Assembly: GCA_050633245.1 (NCBI GenBank)
Contig: JBOEGD010000025.1
Location: forward strand, 1 to 42,106
Reading direction: 5' to 3'
Length of the DNA stretch: 42,106 nt
From: Calditrichia bacterium
GTDB taxonomy: Bacteria > Calditrichota > Calditrichia > RBG-13-44-9 > J075
In this document: positions 9,615-19,328 of the stretch, piece by piece
Layout: each line of letters opens with the position of its first letter
Numbering within the stretch: the stretch's first letter is position 1
Program-made: the position numbers and the translations under genes
The notes under the pieces: model-generated
What the model was told of the DNA's origin: nothing
The model's input: only the letters and a program-made list of their open reading frames with translations
Databases searched by the model: none

Positions 9615-9650
9615 GTAAATTTATAGGTGTGGGTGGGAGGGGGAAAGGAC
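9615..9650 (-). promoter_or_regulatory. Putative late promoter (GTCCTT-N21-TAAATTTAC) for the head operon
   Basis: Shared motif and spacing. Confidence 0.55.
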
Positions 9651-9675
9651 GGGGTTTAGTTATGGGGGAGTTTTA

Positions 9676-10587
9676 TTATTGTGAACTATTAACGTGATAT
9701 ATATATGCACTAGCCAATCGCAAGCCTAGCACCGCATAGCTGTCAGCGGTGTAATGAACCCCATCGAAAAAAGTCAAATCTGACGTTTCCACTAAATAGC
9801 AAAGACTCCTAGAGCCTGCATCTAATGTGACCACGCCCGTAGGAGAATAATTTATGCCGCATATAGCTTCTTGAGCACTTATGATAGTGCCATTATAAGC
9901 AGCTGCACCGCTATCAGATTTTAGCTTACCAATAAAAATTGGAAGATTTGCGTTTTGATGAAATGCCCTAATGCTATCAATTAATAACTCTAAGTTCACT
10001 TGATAAGCATTAGCATAAGTTTGATCAATTGCATCGTTTTCGCCTTGAATCCAAAAAAAAGCTTTCACTTCTGCCTTCTTTCCAAATCCCAACAGCTTGG
10101 GGCCAAGATCAGTGTAACCGCTTTTATATGTATCCCAATATTCCCCCACACTTTGCGGGTGCCAATCATCCCCCGTATCCTGGGCCAATCGAGTTCCACC
10201 AATCGAGTATTTATATAATGCAACTGTTTCTTCTTTATATTTTGCTAGTGTGTCAGAGAATGAAACCTCTACCCCAAAATCTCCAGATATTTGTCCCTGT
10301 ACGTTTCCAGGAATGACAGGTAAAAGATATGTACCAGCGGTATTAATGAGTGTGTTTTGAATCGTGTCGGTGTATTGATCGTAGGTAGGAGTTGACAAGT
10401 CTACTAAGTCCGCTCGGCCCACCATATTGCTTTGCCCTGCTAGTAGGAAAACATCTATATTAGGGTTTTGCGTTGGTAGATCAGATAGAAAAGAGTACTT
10501 AGGGTTCTTTAGGGAAACCCTATTTATCTTTGATTGCGAAACTAGTACACAAGGGAGCAGTAATAATATTACGGTTAATATTCTCAT
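9676..10587 (-). CDS. SGNH carbohydrate esterase (sialate O-acetylesterase/SASA, CE6-like) with signal peptide
   Basis: FLLAGQSNMVG, WIQGEND and DGVHY motifs; hydrophobic N-terminus MRILTVILLLLPCVLVSQ. Confidence 0.85.
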   Translation of the reverse strand: MRILTVILLLLPCVLVSQSKINRVSLKNPKYSFLSDLPTQNPNIDVFLLAGQSNMVGRADLVDLSTPTYDQYTDTIQNTLINTAGTYLLPVIPGNVQGQISGDFGVEVSFSDTLAKYKEETVALYKYSIGGTRLAQDTGDDWHPQSVGEYWDTYKSGYTDLGPKLLGFGKKAEVKAFFWIQGENDAIDQTYANAYQVNLELLIDSIRAFHQNANLPIFIGKLKSDSGAAAYNGTIISAQEAICGINYSPTGVVTLDAGSRSLCYLVETSDLTFFDGVHYTADSYAVLGLRLASAYIYHVNSSQ

Positions 10588-10595
10588 TTATTCCA

Positions 10596-11807
10596 TTATA
10601 AGCCCAGCGAAAACCGAGAGTTTAGGTAATCAAACATCTGTGTGCGTTCTGTTCCGTTCAAAGCTTTCGAGTGTAAGCTGATATAGTACATATCACCATC
10701 GAACCTCTGATTAGTGGTATCAGTAAACCAATTGCCAATAGATGAAAAAGTAAGCGCGGTAGTGTTTTGTGCTGCACTACCAATGAGTACATTGTCTTTG
10801 TAGTATGAGCAATTTGTACCATCGCAAACCAATTGAAAAACCTGGTTTCCTGTTGTTAGAGTTGTTGGGATGGTTGCACTAGCGCCAACGTATGTTGCAT
10901 TTCCGGCCCCCCTTAATGCCAAATAGGCATTTCCTGAAGCGCCACTATCATAACCGATCATGAAATTATCATCTGCAACAGTTGGATTGATTGCAATTGT
11001 CCAGGTATGTGCATTGCTTGAAGCTACAGTTATAGGAGAAGCGCCAAATGTTAACCAATCATAAGGAGAACTTACTCCAGACCCCGAAAAAGTAAGCCCG
11101 TTGCTACTTAAGTTTAATGTTGGTTGTGTGCCAGATGTCGGGTTACTAGCCGCAACACTTGATTTTCTATCCGTCCAAGTAGTGGTAGTTCCAGTTATGT
11201 CTAAACCAACTAGGCCGTCCCATTCAATAGAAAGATTTCCTATTTGATCGGCAATAGATTGCCCCCCTGATTCTTCTTGTTTAATGGTTGTCGTGTTTGT
11301 TGGGACACTCACGGCAACGCCGTATGGCGTATGTTCGAAATAAATCATATGAATGCCGTGTAATGTGTCTCCAGAAGCTATATTGTAAAACTGCACCGAA
11401 TCAAATGCCGCCCCTATAAAATTAATAGAGACACTATCAAAATCGATTCTAGCAATTGTATAAGCCCCATATTTACCGCCCGTAGTATCCGCCGTAAAGG
11501 TTATATCTGTATTTGCGGAGTAATTGGTATAGTATTTTGTATAGGTAAAAGATAGAGAGGTATCTAGTGTTTCGACCACTGGACGGGATAAGTTAGAAGA
11601 TAATAACCATTTATTATTATCCCTATCCCATTGGTAAATATCTCGGTTAAGTAGATTTATTACATACTCAGTACCATAGGTAGTATCCGGTGCTACAGTA
11701 GGCACCCCCCTGTCATATCTAATACCTGTACCTTTTACAAAAGCCTGAGAAAAAACCGCTGATGAAATTAAACATAAGATTAAGCAGGTGATTATTTTTT
11801 TAATCAT
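10596..11807 (-). CDS. Signal-peptide protein with a C-terminal LamG/concanavalin A-like domain
   Basis: Sec-type signal (..AVFS|Q). C-terminal FDGDMYYISLHSKALN.TER pattern typical of LamG-like domains. Confidence 0.65.
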   Translation of the reverse strand: MIKKIITCLILCLISSAVFSQAFVKGTGIRYDRGVPTVAPDTTYGTEYVINLLNRDIYQWDRDNNKWLLSSNLSRPVVETLDTSLSFTYTKYYTNYSANTDITFTADTTGGKYGAYTIARIDFDSVSINFIGAAFDSVQFYNIASGDTLHGIHMIYFEHTPYGVAVSVPTNTTTIKQEESGGQSIADQIGNLSIEWDGLVGLDITGTTTTWTDRKSSVAASNPTSGTQPTLNLSSNGLTFSGSGVSSPYDWLTFGASPITVASSNAHTWTIAINPTVADDNFMIGYDSGASGNAYLALRGAGNATYVGASATIPTTLTTGNQVFQLVCDGTNCSYYKDNVLIGSAAQNTTALTFSSIGNWFTDTTNQRFDGDMYYISLHSKALNGTERTQMFDYLNSRFSLGL

Positions 11808-12697
11808 GACATACGCCGTTTTTGTAGGCCACCCATAGGAGGGCCGATATGGTAAACATTTGAAGGTGATAAGGTGTATATGTCGCCAATAGAAACCCCT
11901 GCCGCCGCCGCAATCGCATCACTATCATAAGTAGTTACTGATTCGTTTATTCGGCGAACAATTGCAGAGTAAGCAATTGAATATATGTTGTTTTGCGCGG
12001 CGGCATAGCAAGTACCTAAAGTTATACCTCCGCTTTCCGCTGCTGCATCACTCACATAAGTAGTAGATGGACCTTTGATAAATACAATTCCTGATGGGTA
12101 GCCAAATACATTACTGCCTGATAAGTAGTAATACTCCCCATCTGATAAAGCACTTGCAGCACTTGGCCCGCTGTATTCACCTGATAAAGTAATGTCGCAA
12201 GAACCTACTTCTACTTCTTCAAGTTTGATAAAAGGCGAGCGCCGCCTACTACGCCCCACAAAAACAAACTTATTCCCATTAAAACTACTCAGCACATCGC
12301 CCGAGTCGGTCGAGTTGCGTTGTCGGAGGTTTTTAAGGAGGCGCTGCTTGTCGTTGCGGTCAACTATAACTGCGTGGATGCGGCGGTTGTCTAGGTTGTT
12401 GATGAAGGTGGCGACTTCGGCGCGGTCGTGGGTGATGTCGAAAGTGAGTGTTTGTTCGTAGTAATCGCCAGCGCGTTGGGTGATGAGCTTGCGCTCGGTG
12501 AATTGGGCGGTGAATCGGTCAAACTTGATCTCGTGGAAAGATTCGCCGCTATCGAGGGTAATGTCGCCGCTTAGGTTTGGAGAGCAATATTGTACGGGCA
12601 TACTATCCACAGCGCTATCTAGGAATAGCTTGATAGACTTGAGGCCGCCGAAGGTCTTGCCGCAATGTCGCTCTATAGTACTAAGTGCGCAACTCAT
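11804..12697 (-). CDS. Tail-tube-like paralog with three C-terminal repeats
   Basis: The N-terminal ~160 aa align by eye with the 6308-6841 protein. C-terminal repeats of the type YxSDAAAxxGGxxxGxxY. Likely start ATG 12697. Confidence 0.55.
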   Translation of the reverse strand: MSCALSTIERHCGKTFGGLKSIKLFLDSAVDSMPVQYCSPNLSGDITLDSGESFHEIKFDRFTAQFTERKLITQRAGDYYEQTLTFDITHDRAEVATFINNLDNRRIHAVIVDRNDKQRLLKNLRQRNSTDSGDVLSSFNGNKFVFVGRSRRRSPFIKLEEVEVGSCDITLSGEYSGPSAASALSDGEYYYLSGSNVFGYPSGIVFIKGPSTTYVSDAAAESGGITLGTCYAAAQNNIYSIAYSAIVRRINESVTTYDSDAIAAAAGVSIGDIYTLSPSNVYHIGPPMGGLQKRRMS

Positions 12698-12700
12698 GGG

Positions 12701-12736
12701 TGAAAATTGCACACTTACTAGAAACTATTCAAGGAC
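12701..12736 (-). promoter_or_regulatory. Putative late promoter (GTCCTT-N20-GCAATTTTC)
   Basis: Shared motif and spacing. Confidence 0.5.
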
Positions 12737-13519
12737 TTAGCTAGCTACGGATTGGACGCGGTGCATATCTATGCACTCTTTCATTATATTATTTAATGAT
12801 ATGTTTGATTGCAAATTTTTTTTCATCGCTCTTACACCATAGGAGTAGGTACGGCGAGGCACGCCGAATTTATCCACCATATATAAAGGTGGCCTTTTTC
12901 CGAACTGGTGAAAAATATACAACATGGAATGTTTGGAGAGCTTAACGGGCACGTAGGTAAGTATCTCTTGTGCCCTAGCCATAAAGTGTTCGTGAATCTC
13001 TGAGAGGTCTAAGTCGGAGTATAGACAAGCATATGATTTTAATCGTTGCCCTGGCTTGCCTTGGAATAAGATTCTTTTAGGGTATTTAGGGGCAAGTATT
13101 TCCCGTTTTTTTTCTAGGAATCTTGTCCAGTACCTGTAAGCGCTGTCTTGGTCGTAGTCATCCTCTGTTATATTGTAACTACTGTAAAACATTCTTAGCG
13201 CTTCTCGGGCCTCTCCTCCTAGCTGTGTTTGGCCTAGTACGTAGGTGGTCATTTGTGTCTTGTGAAAAGAGTATAGATAGCCACCTACTTGGAATAATTC
13301 ATTGGTAAGATGCGATCCAATCTTGTTATCACAAATGATAGTTATTTGCGAAGTTAAAACCTGTTGCAAGTGTTTCAAGTTGGTAGCATCTTGCACGCGG
13401 GAATAACTTAATTGATGGTAGAGGAAGTTGTGCGATGTTATTTTGATCGGCTCGCTGCCGTGCTCCGTAAGGAGGATTTTGCGGCTCATGGGGTGAACCG
13501 GGATTATAATTGAAATCAT
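12737..13519 (-). CDS. Putative transcriptional regulator with a C-terminal DnaA domain IV/TrpR-like HTH
   Basis: N-terminal IIIPVHP beta-helix-helix pattern, a YNITEDDYDQDSAYRYW motif, and a C-terminal MLYIFHQF...KFG...TYSYG helix pattern. Confidence 0.45.
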   Translation of the reverse strand: MISIIIPVHPMSRKILLTEHGSEPIKITSHNFLYHQLSYSRVQDATNLKHLQQVLTSQITIICDNKIGSHLTNELFQVGGYLYSFHKTQMTTYVLGQTQLGGEAREALRMFYSSYNITEDDYDQDSAYRYWTRFLEKKREILAPKYPKRILFQGKPGQRLKSYACLYSDLDLSEIHEHFMARAQEILTYVPVKLSKHSMLYIFHQFGKRPPLYMVDKFGVPRRTYSYGVRAMKKNLQSNISLNNIMKECIDMHRVQSVAS

Positions 13520-13554
13520 AGTTAGTGTGAATTTTGAACACTAATTTACAATTT

Positions 13555-15276
13555 TCACACCACACTAACAAGCTCGGCTTCGGTGGGCTGTATGCCTCGC
13601 ATGCTGAGCGTAACCCGCAACCGCTTCACTAGGTAGTTTTGATTATCAATTCTTACTTTGTCTTTGAAGTTAAATTGTATGATGTCTTTGGAGGTAAGTA
13701 GTAGTTGACGAGTAACTACTTTGCGCATCTGCAAAATATCAATCCAGTCTTTCCACCATACATTAAATAGGCTGGTGTCTAGGTGGTCATTCCACAGCAA
13801 GCTATAGTTCTCCCCTGCTATTGCATTATGATTATAATCATAAACATTATTGCTCGCCATTGGATAAGTGCCAGAGGGAGAGGCGGCTTGCATTCCTCGG
13901 TAAAATAAGAGCCGATCTTCAAACGGTTTGAAGGCTGATAGGTTTAAACCGTTGGCGTCAAAGATAAAGCTACCCTCCTCCCATACTTCAGGAACTAACC
14001 AACGTACATTAAACTCGCTTGTGCTCGTCTCCATAAGGATGGTCTTAAGCTTGCTTAGATATGGGTCGTTGCTGCTCTCTGGTATTAAGTAAGGAAGGTA
14101 TAGCTTGCTTTTCTTTGAGCTGATTTGAGAGTACACGGTGCCCTCTTCGGGGGTTGTCTCTACATCAAGCTCATTGTAGTATAGCGTGTCGGTCGTATAC
14201 TCATAGTAGTAACTGCTCGGCGCATCGTCGGCAATAGCATCTATGTCGGTGATCAATTGATAAGTAGGGGGATTGCTTTCAAACCAGAATGTAGGTTCGC
14301 CTTTACTGTACATGTCGTCGTACTGGAAGCCGCCTACTAGGTCCGGGTTCAATTCCTTTACGGTATACTCTTTAGCTGCTTTTTTGGTCCAGTCATGGCG
14401 CACGCCATTACCTATCAAACTTTTTAAGGGCAATAGCTCTACCTGTTTATTCCACTTATCCTCGAATGGTGCCAAGCAGAACAACCTAGAAAGGTTTTTT
14501 AAAAGCGTGCCGTAAGAGGTCGCCGGGTTGGCATGGTTGGATAAGTCGGTACTAAGCTCCCAGGCCGCGCCATTGTGGATCGATCGATTATTGTAAAGCA
14601 CTAGCCGCTTTAGCTCGTCGTCTACTTGCCAGTTATTCACCAAGGTGTAATTGATGGCGCTCAGGCCACCACTTAGCACATGATCAAGTTTCAGAAAAGG
14701 CACTATAGCCGTGGCTACTGTATCACTTACAAAAGATCCTGGTGAGGTATCATACCAGTTAATAAACTCATCTTTGCCGGTGCTCTCATCGTCGGCCTCT
14801 GTAAAGGCGTTATTCTTTACCGGAAAGAATATATAATTGTGGTTCTCTGGATTATCGGCGGTGTCTTTGGCGTGGGCGGTGGCTTCTGATTGATTGGCGC
14901 CAAAGGTGGCAGTGCCCAGGCTCGCCTCATTCATCATGATGTCTTTCAGGGCGGTAATGTCATTGATCAAAATGTACATTTTGGCCGTCGTCCTGGTAGC
15001 CTGTTGGATGGTAGCCTTGCCTGAGAATATGAGTGAGGTATTAGTCCATACCTCACAGTAGGTATTTTTAATAAATAATCTTTGGTTGTCTATTCTATTG
15101 GGATGGTATAGCGTGGCTTTGTTTTTGGAGGATAGCGGGATAGTAAAGGGGAAAGAAAAGCCGCCTTTGATACTGCCTATATCAGCACCAAAATAGCAAG
15201 GGCTATTCAGCTCAAAACTTATAGAAGTGTTGGGTGATAGCTCAAGGAAGCGGTCGTATATTTTTATGCCTATCAT
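13555..15276 (-). CDS. Tail tip/baseplate hub-like protein
   Basis: 573 aa. N-terminal GFSFPFTIP and C-terminal KVRIDNQNYLVKRL motifs typical of Bacteroidota siphophage tail proteins. Confidence 0.65.
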   Translation of the reverse strand: MIGIKIYDRFLELSPNTSISFELNSPCYFGADIGSIKGGFSFPFTIPLSSKNKATLYHPNRIDNQRLFIKNTYCEVWTNTSLIFSGKATIQQATRTTAKMYILINDITALKDIMMNEASLGTATFGANQSEATAHAKDTADNPENHNYIFFPVKNNAFTEADDESTGKDEFINWYDTSPGSFVSDTVATAIVPFLKLDHVLSGGLSAINYTLVNNWQVDDELKRLVLYNNRSIHNGAAWELSTDLSNHANPATSYGTLLKNLSRLFCLAPFEDKWNKQVELLPLKSLIGNGVRHDWTKKAAKEYTVKELNPDLVGGFQYDDMYSKGEPTFWFESNPPTYQLITDIDAIADDAPSSYYYEYTTDTLYYNELDVETTPEEGTVYSQISSKKSKLYLPYLIPESSNDPYLSKLKTILMETSTSEFNVRWLVPEVWEEGSFIFDANGLNLSAFKPFEDRLLFYRGMQAASPSGTYPMASNNVYDYNHNAIAGENYSLLWNDHLDTSLFNVWWKDWIDILQMRKVVTRQLLLTSKDIIQFNFKDKVRIDNQNYLVKRLRVTLSMRGIQPTEAELVSVV

Positions 15277-16823
15277 TAATAGTCGTGGTATGATCGATCA
15301 GTAGACGCCATGCTCATTTCAAATTCAAGAAAGAATAAATCTTGATCATCTTCTCGCAATCTAAAACTATTGGTGTCTATATTGACTCGTACAAACTTAT
15401 CTTTATCACGGTCTACTATCCAAGCCTCTGCGAGCAATAGCTGCCGTAGGTGCTCAATGTATTCATTTTCATAGTAACCGGTGTTACATTTCCAAACCTG
15501 TTGGCCCGATTGATTGAAGTGGGAAAACTCGCCCTCTTGGTCGGTGAAAGATTGCCCTCTAAGCACCTGTAAATTATCTCGGTTGGCTTGATACTCTAGT
15601 GCTGTCTTGCCGCGCAAATTAATAGTTTCGCAGCCGCCTAATCCATTGGAGAACAACAGGTATAGGTTCCAAGGGTGGCAATCACAATCTACCGAGTATT
15701 GTACGGTAGGATTTACTAGGCTCGTCTCGTCGTCTTTTATTAGTATCCAATCGTATGCTACGAGTTCTTTGTCGGTGGGCGTAGCTACTTCACTAGTTAA
15801 TCCCAGCTGTAAAGGCCCACTAGGAAACCAGTATACTTTGTATTGATCCAAATCAAAGGGAGTAGTAGATACCGCAACGTCGGCTTGTGTGCCATCGTCG
15901 TAGTAAGCTACCGCTTTTACCTTATAATCGGTCAAGTCGTTTTTGGTGAATACGTACACCCAATCAGGTTGATATGGGCTTACGGGCTTGCGGTAAGTGG
16001 TGCCGCTGGTTCTATAACTGTGTAGCACATATTGACCTAATGTAAAGCCGAATAGTGTCTCGTCGCTATCGCCTGGGCTGCCGCCATATATTGCGTAAAA
16101 CTCGCTACTCTTGAGTAAGCCATCAGCGGCGGCGGGGATGCCGTACTTGTCGGCATAGCGCAAGTAGTACTTGATAAAGGCATCGGTAGCGGCACCATAA
16201 GGATAACTGGCATTATAGTCGATACTAGCGGTACTAGGAAGGCCTGGCTTGAGGTCGAATACATCGGCTAAGTTAAAAGGGAGATTCCCGTCTTGGTCAT
16301 AAGCTCCATTGAGGGTAATCACTTCGGTGTTCTCTTCGTCGTCTATCGCTTTGAATACTTTTAGTATGCCGCTTAGGTTGTCCTGTAATACGGGGCCACT
16401 ACTATCGACAATCGTATCGGCTACATTGCTTAGCGAGTTGGTCGCGGTTATATCTACCGCGTCGTAGCTTTTGTAGATCAATTTGACGCCGCCAGAGCTA
16501 GGCAGACTTATATTAAAATCCTCTAGCACAGTCTCGTTCCGTTCAATATAATCAGCTAGGCTAGCGTGATACTCGTCTAGCGTGCCCGAGCTGAAGGTAG
16601 GTATTTCGGCGCCGCTATCATCTGGTGAAGCGGCTACGGTGAAAGTCACACTCTTATCACCCCATTCTATCTCTAGTGTCTGGGCGGCAGCGGGGCCGGT
16701 ACTGGAGACTACTAGCAAAACAGAGGCGCGTACGGCATTCACTTGATCGGTAGTGAGTACGGCCCAAATGTCATCTTTAGATAAGGCTATCGTCGGGGGT
16801 GTAGTGCTGAGTGTGGCGGCCAT
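15276..16823 (-). CDS. Tail protein (distal-tail-like)
   Basis: 515 aa. C-terminal F.N.LGG.ET..L.G, NTGY and LRQLLL motifs. Confidence 0.6.
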   Translation of the reverse strand: MAATLSTTPPTIALSKDDIWAVLTTDQVNAVRASVLLVVSSTGPAAAQTLEIEWGDKSVTFTVAASPDDSGAEIPTFSSGTLDEYHASLADYIERNETVLEDFNISLPSSGGVKLIYKSYDAVDITATNSLSNVADTIVDSSGPVLQDNLSGILKVFKAIDDEENTEVITLNGAYDQDGNLPFNLADVFDLKPGLPSTASIDYNASYPYGAATDAFIKYYLRYADKYGIPAAADGLLKSSEFYAIYGGSPGDSDETLFGFTLGQYVLHSYRTSGTTYRKPVSPYQPDWVYVFTKNDLTDYKVKAVAYYDDGTQADVAVSTTPFDLDQYKVYWFPSGPLQLGLTSEVATPTDKELVAYDWILIKDDETSLVNPTVQYSVDCDCHPWNLYLLFSNGLGGCETINLRGKTALEYQANRDNLQVLRGQSFTDQEGEFSHFNQSGQQVWKCNTGYYENEYIEHLRQLLLAEAWIVDRDKDKFVRVNIDTNSFRLREDDQDLFFLEFEMSMASTDRSYHDY

Positions 16824-17396
16824 CTATAGCGGTTTTCTTTGTAGAATGATGTCCAAAGGTGCCTTTTCGTTACCGCCAAACCAAGGCCATATTTCCCGAC
16901 TGTCTTGCGCCAGGGATATATTATACTTGAGTGAGTGCTCGGCGGTATTGGTGGCGGTGCTTACGCGCACTATTATGGTGCTGTCTGCTGTGTTGGGGAT
17001 AATCTCGGTGTAGAATGTATCATATACATTAATCTCCATTAATGGCAGGGTGTACACTCGTAGTTTGCTGATGTGGTAATAGGCATTTAGCTCAATGGTT
17101 TTTTTGTCTAGCCTATACCGCCACCCTACCATGGCACTATTGTAGTGGCTATTGAGCAGGCTATAACTAAGGCCGGTTAGTTTGTTCCAATCTAGTTGGT
17201 CATTGTCGCCAAGGTCATAGCGGGCTGATTCATCAAAGCGCCATTTATAACTAAGCCCGCTATGTTGCTTGTGTACGAGCTGCCAAGGAGCGCTACGGTG
17301 CTGCCCTTCCTTGATGGTCAATACTTCCCATCCTTCCTCTATGTTTTTGCTACACGAGGCGAGGAATAGAAGCAGTAAGAGGATATATTTTCGCAT
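16824..17396 (-). CDS. Putative lipoprotein
   Basis: Start MRKYILLLLLFLASC with lipobox LAS|C; C-terminal WPWFGGNEKAP. Confidence 0.65.
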   Translation of the reverse strand: MRKYILLLLLFLASCSKNIEEGWEVLTIKEGQHRSAPWQLVHKQHSGLSYKWRFDESARYDLGDNDQLDWNKLTGLSYSLLNSHYNSAMVGWRYRLDKKTIELNAYYHISKLRVYTLPLMEINVYDTFYTEIIPNTADSTIIVRVSTATNTAEHSLKYNISLAQDSREIWPWFGGNEKAPLDIILQRKPL

Positions 17397-17473
17397 AGTA
17401 TTTTCAATTAAAAAGAGAGCCTCCCTACACATATGAGGCTCTCGTACCTAAACCCCAAATGAAAACATAATTT

Positions 17474-17635
17474 TCACCGTTCTACCAGTGGTTGTATATT
17501 TTCTAGTGTAGTCAGTAAATCGGTTAACTCGGGGGAGGTTTGACTATTCACACTATTGTCTTTTAGTTCTTGTATCAATTCTTGCACACTGCTCGCGCTG
17601 ATACTTAGTATTATTTTATCTAGGGCTATTGCCAT
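17474..17635 (-). CDS. Small hypothetical protein (53 aa, MAIALDKII...)
   Basis: Translated by eye; overlaps the stop of the upstream gene. Confidence 0.5.
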   Translation of the reverse strand: MAIALDKIILSISASSVQELIQELKDNSVNSQTSPELTDLLTTLENIQPLVER

Positions 17636-18087
17636 ACCGCATCATTTACACAGTCATCAATAGGGGCTGTGATAGTAAAATCTACGCGCCACCCCCAATC
17701 ATTGTCACCGCTCCATTTCTCCTTGGGCATAAGGGCGCATTTTTCTAGCTCAAACTCAAATTGGCCATCCTCGCTATCATCATTCATTTTGGCTAGTATC
17801 TCGTAGCAATATTGCAATGCGGTATTCAGGTCGGCCTCTTCTCTGCTCCAGTCATCGGCGGGAGCGGGCAGAAGCACCAGGAAGGCGCTAGCGTATCGGC
17901 CCTTATAGCCGCCTTGCCAAAACATACCTATATCGGGGTATTCCAACCACAATAGCGGGTAGGTAAGCTCTGAGCGCTCCCTGCTGAGTATGCGCTCACT
18001 ATTACCTACCTCGAATGTAGCTAGGGAGGTGTGACTCGTCACCAAGTCACGAAAGTATTGTACAAATGAGTCGTAACTAGTGATCAT
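17626..18087 (-). CDS. Putative tail terminator/neck protein
   Basis: 153 aa acidic protein with YPLLWLE and GWRVDFTI motifs. Confidence 0.5.
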   Translation of the reverse strand: MITSYDSFVQYFRDLVTSHTSLATFEVGNSERILSRERSELTYPLLWLEYPDIGMFWQGGYKGRYASAFLVLLPAPADDWSREEADLNTALQYCYEILAKMNDDSEDGQFEFELEKCALMPKEKWSGDNDWGWRVDFTITAPIDDCVNDAVWQ

Positions 18088-18907
18088 TCTTTAATCTTTG
18101 AAATTCCATTTGGCGGCGCATGTCTTGCTCGGCCTTTTTCTTTTTTACCAAGTACATGCAAATGCTGTGAAAATTGGCTTGGTGCACTTGGTCTAGGTTG
18201 CCAAATACGCCCGCCTCGGCAATGTCCATATAGATACCCCACCAGCCAAACAAACTTGGCTCCTCTTGGGGTTCGTTGTTAGCGTCGGGGTCGTCATCGT
18301 CTGCCTCCGGCCTGGGCCACAACCACGGGCCGTATACTTTATCGATGTAGTGTTTTACACCCGACCAATACATAATAGCCAGGGTGGGTATTTCCGTAGG
18401 TAGCGCGGCCAATCGCTTGGCGCGGGCCTCTACTTCGGTACGCGTAAGGGGCTGATCGGACAAGCCAGGCTCTCGGCAGAGCGTAGCGAGCAGGAGGTAG
18501 AGCGGCTCCCGGTCTTCGCTGTTAAGAAACTGCTGATAGAATTCGTCAGCCATAGGATATTGCAATGACTTGCCGTTTTGGAACTTAGCGTGCAAGAAGT
18601 CGTAGCGGCGCATGCGGTGCCAGAAATGAGGCACTAGCGGCGCATCGTACGTATCTACTTGCATCCAATTCAAAGCGCGGTAGAGGTCGCCTATAGCGTC
18701 ATTGGACATGCCCAACACAGTGGCGCGGCGTACCTTCAGCAGTCGGCTAATGATGCGTAGCTTGGCCTGAGACTCGGGATAATTGACGAGATCGCGCACG
18801 CAAGCTATAGCGGCAGCACCCACCTCCTCCCAGGAGGTAGGCAACTGTCGCTGTAGGCGCTTGGGAGTGCCAAGCAAAGTAGTCGTGCTTATCTCTATAG
18901 GTATCAA
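18077..18907 (-). CDS. Phage structural or tail-assembly protein
   Basis: 276 aa with LPTSWEE and GWWG...A..GVFG motifs, located in the tail module. Confidence 0.5.
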   Translation of the reverse strand: MIPIEISTTTLLGTPKRLQRQLPTSWEEVGAAAIACVRDLVNYPESQAKLRIISRLLKVRRATVLGMSNDAIGDLYRALNWMQVDTYDAPLVPHFWHRMRRYDFLHAKFQNGKSLQYPMADEFYQQFLNSEDREPLYLLLATLCREPGLSDQPLTRTEVEARAKRLAALPTEIPTLAIMYWSGVKHYIDKVYGPWLWPRPEADDDDPDANNEPQEEPSLFGWWGIYMDIAEAGVFGNLDQVHQANFHSICMYLVKKKKAEQDMRRQMEFQRLKNDH

Positions 18908-18910
18908 TGC

Positions 18911-19201
18911 TTATAGCTTGAATCCTACAGCAGCCAAAGCGGCGGCAATGATGGTGCCTACCAAACCCTCGGGCAAGCGTACCTCGATGCGCTTACCCTC
19001 ACACTCAAAGGCAGTCTCTTTAATCTTGTTCCAAAGGATTTGTAGCAGGTTCTTTACGCCCGTAAAGTCTAGTACTACTACGCCCTCGGTGTTTTCTTCA
19101 AATAGCATATCTTCCACCTCGTCAGCTAGTTCGGCCACGTTGGCGGTATAACATTCTACTTTCTTGAAAATGGGGCGCAAATCTTTCTTGTCTTGATCCA
19201 T
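18911..19201 (-). CDS. Hypothetical protein with a hydrophobic C-terminus
   Basis: 96 aa; first gene after a GTCCTT motif. Confidence 0.65.
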   Translation of the reverse strand: MDQDKKDLRPIFKKVECYTANVAELADEVEDMLFEENTEGVVVLDFTGVKNLLQILWNKIKETAFECEGKRIEVRLPEGLVGTIIAAALAAVGFKL

Positions 19202-19230
19202 ACAGCGATGTATTTTAATGATTTAATACT

Positions 19231-19266
19231 CGCAAAATGCAGCGCCCTATATGCCAGTACAAGGAC
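19231..19266 (-). promoter_or_regulatory. Putative late promoter (GTCCTT-N20-GCATTTTGC)
   Basis: Shared motif and spacing. Confidence 0.55.
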
Positions 19267-19295
19267 AAAAAAAGCCCGACGTAATGCGACGGGCT
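19267..19295 (-). terminator. Intrinsic terminator of the moron operon
   Basis: AGCCCG/CGGGCT stem plus T7 on the minus strand. Confidence 0.7.
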
Positions 19296-19328
19296 GGTGC
19301 TACATGGAAGATTTATATTGGGAAATCC

